DNA of 64,000 nt from Paraspadella gotoi (GCA_051294375.1 CM119269.1:15449918-15513917); one strand, 5' to 3'. Shown: positions 27,739 through 41,887, counted from the first letter of the stretch. Notes: generated from the letters alone by a model not told the origin. Made by a program: numbers and translations.

Positions 27739-28032
27739 AAAAAAGTACGTCGAATCACGGGACTTAGTTGACCCGTTCGCACGTTGGTCCTTCCCGGCGT
27801 CTACTGGGTGACTTTGGCCGAAACTTCGCAGATTTTCCGCAACGCGGCAGCATCAGTCATTCCTCGCTTGCCCGCTGCCGAACAAGAGACAGGCCGCCGC
27901 AGCAGCGACGGATTATCGGCGCAGCTGCCGAGTGAACCGCCAATGGCTGACCTGCGGCGGCGGAGCGGCGACTGAAGCAGCGACGTTTCTCCGCTTCAGA
28001 GCGAGAGCACCTGTCTGCACCTGGCGCCTGAC
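27739..28032 (-). ncRNA. Candidate ~290-nt structured RNA at the head of the gene cluster
   Basis: GC-rich island with nested helices AGACAGG/CCTGTCT, GCCGCCGCAG/CTGCGGCGGC, CTGAAGCGG/CTGCTTCAG, CGGCAGC/GCTGCCG and TTGCGGA/TCTGCGA. A 3' terminal hairpin is followed by T6 on the minus strand. There is no credible ORF. Confidence 0.5.
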
Positions 28033-28430
28033 GAAGAAAACAAATATCTTATTCGGGCTCCGAAGAGAAAGCACGTAGGGAGGAAGTCTATATTTCCTCT
28101 CTCTCATGGTCGAAGTCATTGAGTATCGCGAGACTGAAAGCAACAATTATATAAATAAATTGATTCGTATCTTCGTTAAAGATTGCTAATGAACTTTATT
28201 TATACAAGATTAACAACGACAAGAATGTACTCGTACAACAAAAAGTAACTTATAAACATATTACCTATGTATATTATTAATAATTTTCGTTTAGTGCTAG
28301 GATTTAATATATAGAATTAGTTTTGTTAAAAAAAATAATTGTCAAATTTTTAATTTTTCTAGTTCTACTATATTTTAAAATGTCATATTGTGATTATGAA
28401 AAAAATTGAAACTCAAATAATGCAGAAAAT

Positions 28431-30067
28431 ATGAACTACAACTCCTCGGGTTATTTTAATGGGTTTTCCGACGTGGAATACGTCAACAACTACTACGGAG
28501 AATACAACAGTAACGGAAACTATGAGGTGAAATATTTTCGGAAATTATTTTTTGAATAGAAACTTTCAGATTAGTTACGTACCGCTTGATTATACAGACA
28601 AGCATTAAGCAAGACTTAATTTTTTATGCTTCATCAATCGGCCTGCAAAGATTTGTTTTCTTTACACGTACGATGTGACGAGACGAACTTATTTCAGGAG
28701 ATCGATTTGGAAAACGAGGAAACTTCGAATATGGTGATGGAGGTGGAGGAAGGGCTGGACGTCGAGGAGGAGGCCTGTTACAATTCATGGTAAATTCAAT
28801 TACTATAATTGATTTTTACCCCATATTTTTCTAAATAAATGATTAATTGCTAAAAAATTGAAAAAAAAGGTAAAAAATGGAATATTTTAAACCAAAACGT
28901 TATTTGACTGAAGGGCCCACCCGCCGCATCTAAACGAAGGACGAGATGCTGAAAACGCGAACGATTGGCCGAGCGAAGAAGTCAGGGACTACGGATACCG
29001 AGGATTCTCCAACTGGACGGGGGATATCGGTTTTTACGGTTGGTTGTCTACTTCGAGTGGTTTTCATTTCACTTTTCTTTTCTTTATCCTTCTTTCCTGA
29101 ACCTTCATCTTGTAATTCATACTAACTCTTACGGCCTACCCTTTTGCGTTCTTGACAGGTGGTAGAGCTCCCGAAGGCCGCCCATATGCCGACTTCGAAG
29201 AAGGGGCGTCCCCGTCAAGTGTCTTCGGCAACGCCATCCCTAGGGGTGGTCGTGGAAAACGACGCAGAGCTCGAAATGTCAGCGACGAACAACGCCATCC
29301 TTGTCGGGTTTGCGGGAAGATGCTCAGCACTAAGTGGTTAGTAGATTTCGCGAAATTTTAATTTCGGTTTTCTTATTCTCATCAATTCAACACTCGCATT
29401 GATTTTTTATCAATTTAGTTTATATTTGGTTGGAAAGTTATTTAATTATGTATCATACTTGTGAAGTTAAGTGATCACTTTAAAAAGTAATGACATAACT
29501 TAAAATTTAATGAAGCATAATTCGTGAAATATTTATTGAGTTATTTTAATCAATATTTGCCTGACTAGTAAGTTATCTGTGATTGATTGTGGTGCAATAT
29601 GCATATGTTTTATACTTGTATAGTCACATAACCCTGCAGAATTACGATCACTTTGACCACAGAGTAAATAAGGCGTATTTTGTGTGATATTTAGTCGGTA
29701 GTTGAAACTTTGCAGATAAATTATCAACCATTTGTTACACGTATATTTCATACTTAATAATATACATAATTCATAGTTATATTATTGCTTGGAAATATAT
29801 GTAGAAAGAAAGTTACTGCGGCGAAACACATTGGATGGACCATTATTGTTTAAAAAAAAAACTGATCTATTTCTCATTATTTTCATCTCGGTCAGGTACG
29901 CGAGAGAGCATGAACGAAGCGTCCACGGGACTGGCGATAGCTACCAGTGCAACATTTGCGGTGAGCGACTCAAGCTCGCCATCTATGCCGTGAAGCACGT
30001 GCAAAAAGAACATCCTGCCTGCACTGAAAAGCCCTTCGGCCAGTATTACAAAGTAATAATTGATTAG
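28431..30067 (+). CDS. C2H2 zinc-finger protein (two fingers, acidic N-terminus), divergent from the cluster
   Basis: Spliced exons give HPCRVCGKMLSTKWYAREHERSVH and YQCNICGERLKLAIYAVKHVQKEH. Upstream exons at 28431-28526, 28698-28789 and 28914-29038 join in frame. The 5' structure is less certain. Confidence 0.7.
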
Positions 30068-30271
30068 TAAATGACAAATAAATTAGGTGAAAATTATAAA
30101 AATTCCTTCCACTCGTCTTTTGTCATTTATTTCTTTTTCTTTTCTTTCTCTGCCTGTTTCCTTTTTTTCTTTCTTATTTTCCTTATTTCTTTCTTTCTTT
30201 CCTTATTAAATTCTTTCTTTCCTTTCTTTTTTTCTTTATGTCTCTTTTCTTTTTTTTGTATTTGTTCTTGT

Positions 30272-30307
<36 letters not shown>

Positions 30308-30964
30308 TCCTATTTTCCTCTTCTCTACTAAAGTGCAACCGATATCGAAATGTCAGTAAGACTCCTTCAGTTTTCTTGTATGCCATCTTTTTCACTGGTT
30401 TTTGCTTCCTCCATGCATTCTTGTTAATTGTTTATTAATTTCTCTTTCTCAGTTTCTGTCATTCAGGCCTTTCTTACTAACAGAATTATGTAATCATTGA
30501 ATTTGAATTTTACTTAGTTTATGTCTTTTCAACAGCATAAATTATTTTTAACCATTCAGAATTCGCTCATTCTAATTGTCTTATCTTTAGTTGGTTTCCG
30601 ACCCAATTGATAGCGTATTTACATGCAACTACTGTGGGACGGAAACTATGCAAATGTGTGAGATACAAAGGCATCTCAAGGATGTACATCATGTCGAAAA
30701 AAGGTACTTACTATGTAGTATACTGTATATCCATTTTATTCAGGGACATAGACATTAGAAAATGAAAAGAGAAGGAAAGAAAGAACGAGGGAAAGAAAGA
30801 AAGAAAGAAAAAATGAAAGAAAAAAAGAAAGAAAGAAAGAAAGAAAGAAAGAAGAAAGAAAGAAAGCAAAAAATAAGGAAAGAAAGATGAAAAAAGTTCC
30901 AACCAGCGAGCATTTTAATCAGAGGAATCCAAGGAAAGGTAGGCCAAATTGAAAGAGCGCGCGC

Positions 30965-31034
<70 letters not shown>

Positions 31035-31057
31035 CTGCACTAGATTCAGGTTTTCGG

Positions 31058-32617
31058 ATGGAATTCGGTTTCTGGGTGGAAATCTCAAAGTCGCAGATGA
31101 GGTCCGTGACGTCAGTCGGCAATATTTCCTCGATAAAATTAATGCACGACAGCAAACAAAAAATAGAATAAATTATAATGTATATGATTAATTATTTAGT
31201 GTAGTTGACTTGAGTCAACTACATTAGCTAAGATAAGTCTTAAAGCAGAGAAGGAGAGAGGAGGAGAGGAAGAGAATGAGAGGGGGAGGGAGAGAGAGAA
31301 GAAAGAGGAGAGAGAGTGAGGAGAGGATGAGAGGGAGGAGAGAGAGTAGAGAGAGATGAGAGAAGGGGGAGAGAGAGATTACTTACAAATCAATTTTGGA
31401 ATTTCGGAATTAATGACTCAATATGCATAACGAGACAGTGAATGGCACCAAAAGTCAGAAGTCTTAACGAGCGATCGAAATCTCATCGTTCACCCAAATC
31501 GCCGGAACACTAAAAAATTAAAAATATTTTGAAACCCGACTTTTTCAGATTCAACCGTCATTACAATAAGAAAGAAAAAGGAGGAAGTAAGGAATACCGC
31601 GGCTGGAGTGGACGCCGCGTTTCGCGGGGGCGCGGCCGGGGTCGAGGTCGAGGCCGCGGCTCCAAAGGCGCGGGGTTCTACGGTGGGATGGCGCCGGATC
31701 CTTTGGCCGATCTGTTGGCGGAGGCGGAGGCGGCGATGGAGTCGAAGCCGAAGCCTGAGCCGGCTCGACTCGTCTTCACCGATTCGGACGTTTTTGACGC
31801 CGGATTCGACGCCGACGCCAAAGATGGCGTCGGAGGCGCCGCAACGGAAGCGTCCAATCCTTTCCTGGACCACCCTTCGCGTCGTCATCATCCATCCTCG
31901 CTGGACCACTCCGCTCACCCTTTCGGCGTGACGTTCGATAATCGCGGCCTCTGCCCTCCTTCGTCGGGATCTTTCGACGATTCGCCTCTTTCTTCGGCCT
32001 CGTCAAATGCGGCTCCAGCGCCGGAGGTCGTACCGGCAGGGCCGCCGACGCCCTACGGACTTTTCGAAACCATCCACCCTTCCCTCAGCGATCGAATGGC
32101 GCCCGGCGGACCGAACAACGCCACCATCTCGGACGACCGATCGCAGCAGCCTCAGCACGCCGGCCCTAACCTCCGGCCACCGGAGCCGCGCCTGCCACTA
32201 CAGCCTCAACATCAACCAACTCCGCCGCTGAGTTTGGACCAATTGCCGACGGGCTGCAACCCCGAGGCTGCTCGGCTCACCGAGGTCATCCCCACCTTCG
32301 GGACGGATCCGCCCTGCTGCGTGTTTGGCGAAGGTCCCGCCGTTCCGTCGCTCCCACCGTCCCAGTCGATCGATACCGTCGCATTTCCGCCAGCGAACGT
32401 TTCGTCGTCGACCTTGAGTCACGCCTCTTCGTCGTCGTCCTCGGCGTCTTCGTCGGCCTTCAGGATCGACGAAGACGACGACGCCGGCGATGAATTCATA
32501 CACAAACTGAGTCAGTTCGATACCGACTTTCCTTTCAACGGCGGCAGCGGCGGTGCCGGAGCCTCGCAGCAGGAGAACGACCTCAAGTCGTTCCTCGAAG
32601 TCTCTAATCAGTTCTGA
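31058..32617 (+). CDS. Unknown intrinsically disordered protein (RG repeat, Pro/Ser-rich, NPF motif)
   Basis: 1.07 kb GC-rich open exon after a TTTTTCAG acceptor (31548). A candidate first exon ATG 31058 (MEFGFWVEISKSQMR) joins in phase. No recognisable domain; the start is uncertain. Confidence 0.55.
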
Positions 32618-34472
32618 GAGCCTCGTTTTGATTTCGAATGTCTCAGCCGAAATTCTAGTCTCTCATCCTATTTGCCCGTCTTGACCGTTTCTATCTGTTT
32701 TCACGCTGTTCGTTCCCAATCTTCGCTACATTCGGTAATAAAGTATAAGTTACAAACAAATGTAATTTTTACGTATTGAATATTCTCGACTACGAATTTT
32801 ATAACCGCCTATTTAGAGAATCAGATATATATATTTTTTATTAGGGAGTTTAAAGAATTTCTTAACTCTCGAAAATATATGTTATTTAAAAGTAAACATA
32901 CAATTGACTAGTAAGCGTTTGATTCTAGTTTTTTATTTTTGATACATTTGCTAAACTTGGAGAGCTTCACTCTGATTTTTTTTAATGTTTTCAATATATT
33001 GCCTGATAGTAATTAAGAAAACGTTTATGATTGATACAACCAATATAAAAATTATCCATTATAGTATTTAGGTTACCGATTATTTGTTTCATTTGTTCTG
33101 CTGGTCCGTCCGTTATTAAGGGAAAACTTTTTTTTTAATATCTGTTTTTTGGACAGATTCCTTAAGAATTAAGTCCTGAACGTAAGCAGTAAGCAGAAAC
33201 GTAAGCAGTAACCGACTAAGTACGTATGTAGTTTTAAAGTCAGCTGCTTGTCCTATTTTATAATAGTGATTTTTTCCCATGTTTTTTTTTATATTTTGCT
33301 TCGTTGAGTTCAATTTTCATTGTTTTGTCCTAAATTTTACCAATTCAACTCCGAGGGTACATTTTTTTGTTTCTTCGTTTTTTCCCCACCACATTCCATC
33401 CAAATTTCCCAGATAAGAACTAAAAGATACTTAACACTTCGTAAGATTAAATGAAACATTTGAAAAACAAAATATATCTAGCTTATAGTTATACATAGCA
33501 TACTTTGGTTGTTGATAAATTTATTAATCATGACCATACCTCACTGAAATTTTTATTTTCGTTTTATTTTTCTGTTACAATGACTAAGTCTAGGAGATAT
33601 TGATTTACGCTCTTTAGCCATATCAATGAATGCGTTTGCGCACTGCTTTGTATTAATCACAACGGGATTTTCGAAATATATTATTAGAGCTTACTTTTAG
33701 TACTTTTTGGTCACTTTTTATAGCAATAAAGATTTATGAGGAGAATATCATAAATGTATATTTCAATTTTTTTTGAATAGCTTAATTTTAAATCTCAACA
33801 TGAGCATTATTTTTGGCTTTTTGTTGTTCTACTCTCTAGTCCTGTATTTTTTTTTGTAAATCTTTATTGTCGTGCGCAGTCATATTTCGTATTTTTAATT
33901 TTTTTTTTTACTTTGTATATTGCCATCTACGATTTCTGGTTTATAATTTATCTAAAACAAATTTCACCGAAACCCCATATCTTGTTTGTCCATAGGATGA
34001 AACGATTTGCGTGCAGCAAACTATTTACTTCCGCCAAAGTTGCTATTTTTGAAAAAAACAAATCTGTCGAACGTGATAGCATAACAAATAAAACATTTCT
34101 GAGTCATCATGTGCTTATGTCACCGGCCGAGCCCCTTGGGTTTTGTGTTTAAATTTTATTGTTTTTTTGTTTATTGTGCTCTCCCTTGATATTAATTTTA
34201 TTTTTGTTTATCAGTGCAGCACAAACTTTATTACTTCATGGAAGAGATTTTACACACACGATTACGTTTTAGAAAATATTCGTTTCTAAATTTTTTAAAT
34301 ATAATTTGTATTGTTCGGTATCGCAATGTTCGTTTTATTTTGTTTCGTTTATTTGAGAATATCTCGTAGATCATTTAACAATGTAGAACCCCAGTTAGCG
34401 AACTATTTTCGTCAGTCATATAATTATGAAAATCGAATACAAGAATAATGTTTTCTATTTATGACCTTTTGC

Positions 34473-34638
<166 letters not shown>

Positions 34639-34955
34639 TTTATTAGTAGAAAAAAAGGACACATTGAGTGATACGAAACAGCAAGAATAAAAATTTCGAA
34701 ACCCGCATTTTTTATTTTTGAATCTACACTCCCTGGTCAAACCCTTAAGTTTGAAGAAAACTAACGTCATTCATAAGAAATAAGTTTTGATTTTTGAACG
34801 TCGAAGCCAAAGGTAACAACATTAAGTGATTAACAACGAATCATCTGCTATTTTCTCTCTATCTTTCATCTTTCTTTCTTTCTTTCTTTCTTTTTTTTTT
34901 CTTTCTTTCTTTCTATCTATCTATCTTTCTTTATTTCTTTCTTTTTTCCTTTCTT

Positions 34956-34996
<41 letters not shown>

Positions 34997-35054
34997 CTCT
35001 CTCTCTCTTCTTTTTCTCTCTTTTATTCTCTAGCCCTATCAACTCCCTCCAGCC

Positions 35055-35492
35055 ATGACGGAACACCTCTCCGGCAGCGGGTCTTGGGATTTGGTCGTCC
35101 ACGTCGCCGACGTCTCCGCCGACCTACGGCTTCGCGTGCACGGCGACATGCACGTGGGCGGCCTTGTGCGGCTGGCGACCGAGTCGCTCGATCAGAGTCG
35201 CGACTGGTCCGGCCACGCACTCTTCTGGCCCTCGGAACGTCGGTGGTTGACAGCGACGCGTCGCACTATGGATCAGTGCGGGCTCCACGCAGAGGCGCGC
35301 CTCCTGCTCACGTCGATCGTCAAGTCGACTCGGGTGCTGCTGCCCGATCTTCGTCTAGTCGAGTGCCGCGTCGACTTCGCCGTGAGCGTCTTCACAGCGG
35401 TGGAGAATATCTGCGACCGGTTGGGAATACGGCACCCGGAGGAGCTTTCGTTGGCGAGGGCTCGAAGGCTCGAGTCTGGCGATCAAGTACGA

Positions 35493-35585
<93 letters not shown>

Positions 35586-35870
35586 TTAATCTGTCCTCCC
35601 CACCAGGTAAAGGTCGATTTAAAAATCGAGGAGACGCCAGACATCCAGGGAGCCCTGGCTTCCGACCCAGCCATGTCCCGCGCCGTCGCCTATCGCAGGG
35701 CCTTCGTGCCCCGCAACCCGATGCACCTGACAGAGCTCCATTCGGAGTGGCTCGACTCGGCCAAGTCGCTCCTCGAACAGGGCGTCGACGATTCCAACGT
35801 CATCCATTTGCGCTACAAGTTCCTCGTTTTTCACTTCTTGAAACCTTCCACGGGTAATTTTGCTCTGGGA

Positions 35871-35911
<41 letters not shown>

Positions 35912-37764
35912 CGAGTAATTTGTGAGCACGTGAGAGAGTATGATTATCGAGCACAAAATTATTTTACTCATATTGTTTGGTGGACAAAACCATAAAATAC
36001 AATATATTTATAGTATATCCTTTTTAAAAAAAAATTGATTCTAATTCTTCATAAAAAGTTAGTCCTAAAATATAAAACATGTTATAAAAAATTTTGAGAT
36101 CTTCAGCGTCAAAAACGAAAAAAAAAGAAGAAATTCTGCATTTTTTACTCTCTGTAGACTAGTAGTAGCAGAAACTAGTGCAGTAGAAACTATTATATGA
36201 AAAAACGTTTTAGTCATTTTTTGCAGCTTTAAGATTAAAATATAACATTTTATAAAATTTTCTTAGTTTTTTTCCGGCGAATCCGAAACTGTTCTTAAAA
36301 TTAAAACAATATAATTTATAAATTTTATGATATTATAACAATATTACGATAAAGAAATTTCATTTCATTACACACAAAGGCATCTAAAAACATTATTTAA
36401 TCGCTCTATCGTTTCATCGCTCCACCCAATTTAAAAAGTGCTACTCAGTGACCCAAAAGTGTTTTCTTTCTTCATAACATAAATACGTAAATTACTTTTT
36501 ACATCTTCATTCTAGATTCTATTCGCATAAACCAAATCTACCAACAAGCCAAGTGGAGCATTTTGACCGAAGAGACTCCGTGCGGCGACAACGAGGCTTT
36601 CCTCTTTGCGGCGCTGCAGGCCTGGATTGAAAGGAACGACGCAAGCGAAGTCAAAACTGGCGCCGCGGACGCAGCTCCCAACATCGCCGTCAAGCCCGTT
36701 TCCGAAGAAGACGACGATAAAGGGGATGAAAAGGAGGCTCCGTTCGAGCTGGAGTTGAGCAATTTCTTCAACTATCTTCGCCCGCGACGACTCGGCTTCA
36801 ATTCTCTCAAGAAAGGATTCTTCGTCCTCAAGGGACAGAGTCTACTTCTTTACGAGACGAAAGAGGCGTCGACGTCCTTGTCCCCGCCGCTGATAACGAT
36901 CCTCCTCACGGAGGCGCACGTGGTGCCCGTCTTCGTTGTCGCCGAAGACACGTACGCCGTACGCGTGTTCGCCGCTGCGGCGAGCGACGGCGGCGGCGAC
37001 GACGAACCGTTTTCCCTGCGCCTGGAGATCCAAATTCCTTCGTCAGCACAGTTCGCTCAATGGATGGCGGCTTTTCGCGTCGCCACCCGCAAATCCGCCT
37101 CTCACCGCCTCTACCGGCGCGAGATGGAAATCTTTAAAGCGTTTTTACGGATGCAGCAGCCCGTTGCCGACGCCCCCGCCGTAGCCGTCGAACCATGCGA
37201 GACGCTGTCAAGGCGTTTGGAGAAGAAGCTGCGGCGGAGTCGATTAACGGACCGTATCGTCGCTCTCTACCCCAACGTGGCAGGGCTAACGCCTATCAGA
37301 GCCAAGATGCATTACATCCGGTTTTGGGAGCGTCTGCCCGGGTGCGGCTCGGCACCCTTTGCCGCTCGTTTCACGGCGCCGCCGGGAAAAAAGGACGAGC
37401 TGCTTGGCGTCGCGTGGAACCGACTTTTCCGGACGGATTTGACCGGAAGGAAGATCTTGGGTGTCGTCCGCTTGGCGACGCTGACATCGTGGAGCGTCAA
37501 TTGGGAAACGAAGGTGAATTAGTCGACGTAAATTATTGAAATAAAATCAAATGTTAATTAATACTTTCAATTGACGATCGTGATTGACAGGAGTTTCAAC
37601 TCGACAGCGCCAGCGGTCGGATCAAATTCAAGTGTCTTTCCGCGGATCCTAAAATCGTTCACGAATTCATCGGCGGCTACATTTGTCTCTCTATGAGAAC
37701 AAAACAGCATCACGGGAAAATCGATGCTGAGCTTTTTCACAAACTCACCGGGGGACGCTCGTAG
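35055..37764 (+). CDS. FERMT: Divergent kindlin/fermitin family FERM-PH protein (4 exons)
   Basis: F0 ([43 protein letters not shown]), [38 protein letters not shown], a PH insert, WSVNWE and [16 protein letters not shown]...ELFHKLTGG. Confidence 0.9.
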
Positions 37765-38463
37765 TTTTTTTTTTTCGACGAATGCAATGGGTTAATCTTA
37801 CTACAAAAATGACGACGGGGTAAAAATGATTTCTATACCAAAAACGCTTATTGGAGAGAATATTCTTAGACATTTCTACGCTTATCAGTACATCAGTAAT
37901 TGCTGAATTTCTTTATCTGTGACTGGAACTAATTGCCTGCTTCAAGCGAAATGAAATCAAGAGCCCTGACTAACAACGAATTAAGACAAACCTTAATCAG
38001 ACTTTGAAGCCTTTTCTCATTAATTTTGTTTTCTAAGCTACATTTAAGAAAGCGGCAGAATCACAATTTAATCGCAACGAATTTGGATAAAGAAATCACA
38101 TTTAGGAAAAAGAGATCAGTTTTGCAATGAAAACACATTTGCCAGTCTTGACTTTGGGAGTTCATTTGGTTTTTGCTTTGTTTTTTTTTCCTCGTGGGAG
38201 TGAGGAATTGTTTCGAAGTTATCGAACGGGAAACAAGATTGTTGGGTAAAAAAATGGAAATATTTGGTGCTCATTATTCGCCGCCGCTGACGATTCTTTC
38301 CGATTTCGTCGTCGTCGTCGTCATTTTCTTATTGGCGGTAAAAGTAATTATTGCCGCGCAGTCGACATCGCTGGCGTTGTCGTCGTCAATTCATCAGTGA
38401 TCCTAAGAAGTGGGCGTCTATTGCTTGATTTTCGGTCGTCGTCGTCGTCGTCGTCGTCGTCGT

Positions 38464-38765
38464 NNNNNNNNNNNNNNNNNNNNNNNNNNNNNNNNNNNNN
38501 NNNNNNNNNNNNNNNNNNNNNNNNNNNNNNNNNNNNNNNNNNNNNNNNNNNNNNNNNNNNNNNNNNNNNNNNNNNNNNNNNNNNNNNNNNNNNNNNNNNN
38601 NNNNNNNNNNNNNNNNNNNNNNNNNNNNNNNNNNNNNNNNNNNNNNNNNNNNNNNNNNNNNNNNNNNNNNNNNNNNNNNNNNNNNNNNNNNNNNNNNNNN
38701 NNNNNNNNNNNNNNNNNNNNNNNNNNNNNNNNNNNNNNNNNNNNNNNNNNNNNNNNNNNNNNNNN
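38464..38765. other. Assembly gap (other N runs at 39322-39346, 59021-59255, 59793-59935)
   Basis: N runs in the sequence. Confidence 1.
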
Positions 38766-38806
38766 GGGGTTGATCCTTCTCCTCCTCCTTTACTCCCCAA
38801 ATCTCG

Positions 38807-38921
38807 TCACGAGTTGAAAATCTTGAATCCTCGATTGAAAAACTTGAAGTTTCCTCCTTTGGGTTTTTCGCTCTTTTCCACCTGAGTCACTTTGGCGAGG
38901 CCCTTTTGACTCCCGCCACTT
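38807..38921 (-). CDS. Terminal exon of the RASL12-like gene (intact copy)
   Basis: cag|A AGT GGC... reads SGGSQKGLAKVTQVEKSEKPKGGNFKFFNRGFKIFNS*. GFKIF matches the RASL12 C-terminus and the phase matches the donor at 48625. Confidence 0.7.
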
Positions 38922-38983
<62 letters not shown>

Positions 38984-39036
38984 ATTGGATAGGAGACGAA
39001 GTAGAAAACAAAAATTTATATTAATTTATTATATTA

Positions 39037-39097
<61 letters not shown>

Positions 39098-39565
39098 CAT
39101 CGCAGAAGTATCAAGCCACCAAAATCAAATCGGATCAGAGGCTCGGGCGATCTCCGCAGAAATGGAATCGCCGAATCCTGATTGGTCAAAGACGGAACCG
39201 GAATCGACCAAACAGCTTGCAGAATCATTGGATCTGTCAAACTTACCTTTACCACCGATCCTATTCTCTAGTTATAAATAGACTTAATTTGTCTTAGTTT
39301 CAGTAGCATTGAACAAGACTCNNNNNNNNNNNNNNNNNNNNNNNNNTAATTGATTAGTAAATGACAAATAAATTAGGTGAAAATTATAAAAATTCCTTCC
39401 ACTCGTCTTTTGTCATTTATTTCTTTTCTTTTCTTTCTCTGCCTGTTTCCTTTTTTTCTTTCTTATTTTCCTTATTTCTTTCTTTCTTTCCTTATTAAAT
39501 TCTTTCTTTCCTTTCTTTTTTTCTTTATGTCTCTTTTCTTTTTTTTGTATTTGTTCTTTCTTTCT

Positions 39566-39635
<70 letters not shown>

Positions 39636-40277
39636 TATTTTCCTCTTCTCTACTAAAGTGCAACGATATGAAATGTCAGTAAGACTCCTTCAGTTTTCTT
39701 GTATGCCATCTTTTTCACTGGTTTTGCTTCCTCCATGCATTCTTGTTAATTGTTTATTAATTTCTCTTTCTCAGTTTCTGTCATTCAGGCCTTTCTTACT
39801 AACAGAATTATGTAATCATTGAATTGAATTTTACTTAGTTTATGTCTTTCAACAGCATAATTATTTTTAACCATTCAGAATTCGCTCATTCTAATTGTCT
39901 TATCTTTAGTTGGTTTCCGACCCAATTGATAGCGTATTTACATGCAACTACTGGGACGGAAACTATGCAAATGTGTGAGATACAAAGGCATCTCAAGGAT
40001 GTACATCATGTCGAAAAAAGGTACTTACTATGTAGTATACTGTATATCCATTTTATTCAGGGACATAGACATTAGAAAATGAAAAGAGAAGGAAAGAAAG
40101 AACGAGGGAAAGAAAGAAAGAAAGAAAAAATGAAAGAAAAAAAAGAAAGAAAGAAAGAAAGAAAGAAGAAAGAAAGAAAGCAAAAAATAAGGAAAGAAAG
40201 ATGAAAAAGTTCCAACCAGCGAGCATTTTAATCAGAGGAATCCAAGGAAAGGTAGGCCAAATTGAAAGAGCGCGCGC

Positions 40278-40347
<70 letters not shown>

Positions 40348-40557
40348 CTGCACTAGATTCAGGTTTTCGGATGGAATTCGGTTTCTGGGTGGAAATCTCA
40401 AAGTCGCAGATGAGGTCCGTGACGTCAGTCGGCAATATTTCCTCGATAAAATTAATGCACGACAGCAAACAAAAAATAGAATAAATATAATGTATATGAT
40501 TAATTATTTAGTGTAGTTGACTTGAGTCAACTACATTAGCTAAGATAAGTCTTAAGC

Positions 40558-40671
<114 letters not shown>

Positions 40672-40816
40672 CTTACAAATCAATTTTGGATTTCGGAATT
40701 AATGACTCAATATGCATAACGAGACAGTGAATGGCACCAAAAGTCAGAAGTCTTAACGAGCGATCGAAATCTCATCGTTCACCCAAATCGCCGGAACACT
40801 AAAAAATTAAAAATAT

Positions 40817-41887
40817 TTGAAACCCGACTTTTTCAGATTCAACCGTCATTACAATAAGAAGAAAAAGGAGGAAGTAAGAATACGCGGCTGGAGTGGACGC
40901 CGCGTTCGCGGGGCGCGGCCGGGGTCGAGGTCGAGGCCGCGGCTCCAAAGGCGCGGGGTTCTACGGTGGGATGGCGCCGGATCTTTGGCCGATCTGTTGG
41001 CGGAGGCGAGGCGGCGATGGAGTCGAAGCCGAAGCCTGAGCCGGCTCGACTCGTCTTCACCGATTCGGACTTTTTGACGCCGGATTCGACGCCGACGCCA
41101 AGATGGCGTCGGAGGCGCCGCAACGGAAGCGTCCAATCCTTTCCTGGACCACCCTTCGCGTCGTCATCATCATCCTCGCTGGACCACTCCGCTCACCCTT
41201 TCGGCGTGACGTTCGATAATCGCGGCCTCTGCCCTCCTTCGTCGGATCTTTCGACGATTCGCCTCTTTCTTCGGCCTCGTCAAATGCGGCTCCAGCGCCG
41301 GAGGTCGTACCGGCAGGGCCGCCGACGCCCTACGGACTTTCGAAACCATCCACCTTCCTCAGCGATCGAATGGCGCCCGGCGGACCGAACAACGCCACCA
41401 TCTCGGACGACCGATCGCAGCAGCCTCAGCACGCCGGCCCTAACCTCCGGCCACCGGAGCCGCGCCTGCCACTACAGCCTCAACATCAACCAACTCCGCG
41501 CTGAGTTTGGACCAATTGCCGACGGGCTGCAACCCCGAGGCTGCTCGGCTCACCGAGGTCATCCCCACCTTCGGGACGGATCCGCCCTGCTGCGTGTTTG
41601 CGAAGGTCCCGCCGTTCCGTCGCTCCCACCGTCCCAGTCGATCGATACCGTCGCATTTCCGCCAGCGAACGTTTCGTCGTCGACCTTGAGTCACGCCTCT
41701 TCGTCGTCGTCCTCGGCGTCTTCGTCGGCCTTCAGGATCGACGAAGACGACGACGCCGGCGATGAATTCATACACAACTGAGTCAGTTCGATACCGACTT
41801 TCCTTTCAACGGCGGCAGCGGCGTGCCGGAGCCTCGCAGCAGGAGAACGACCTCAAGTCGTTCCTCGAAGTCTCTAATCAGTTCTGA
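40817..41887 (+). pseudogene. Frameshifted copy of the 31.5-32.6 kb ORF (apparent pseudogene or sequencing error)
   Basis: Same sequence as copy 1 with many single-base deletions. Confidence 0.7.

Noticed and set aside
27820-27845. RNase P RNA identity for the structured RNA (GGAAAATCTGCG resembles CR-I)
   Set aside because: No complementary CR-V/P4 partner was found downstream, and the motif is explained by a local hairpin.
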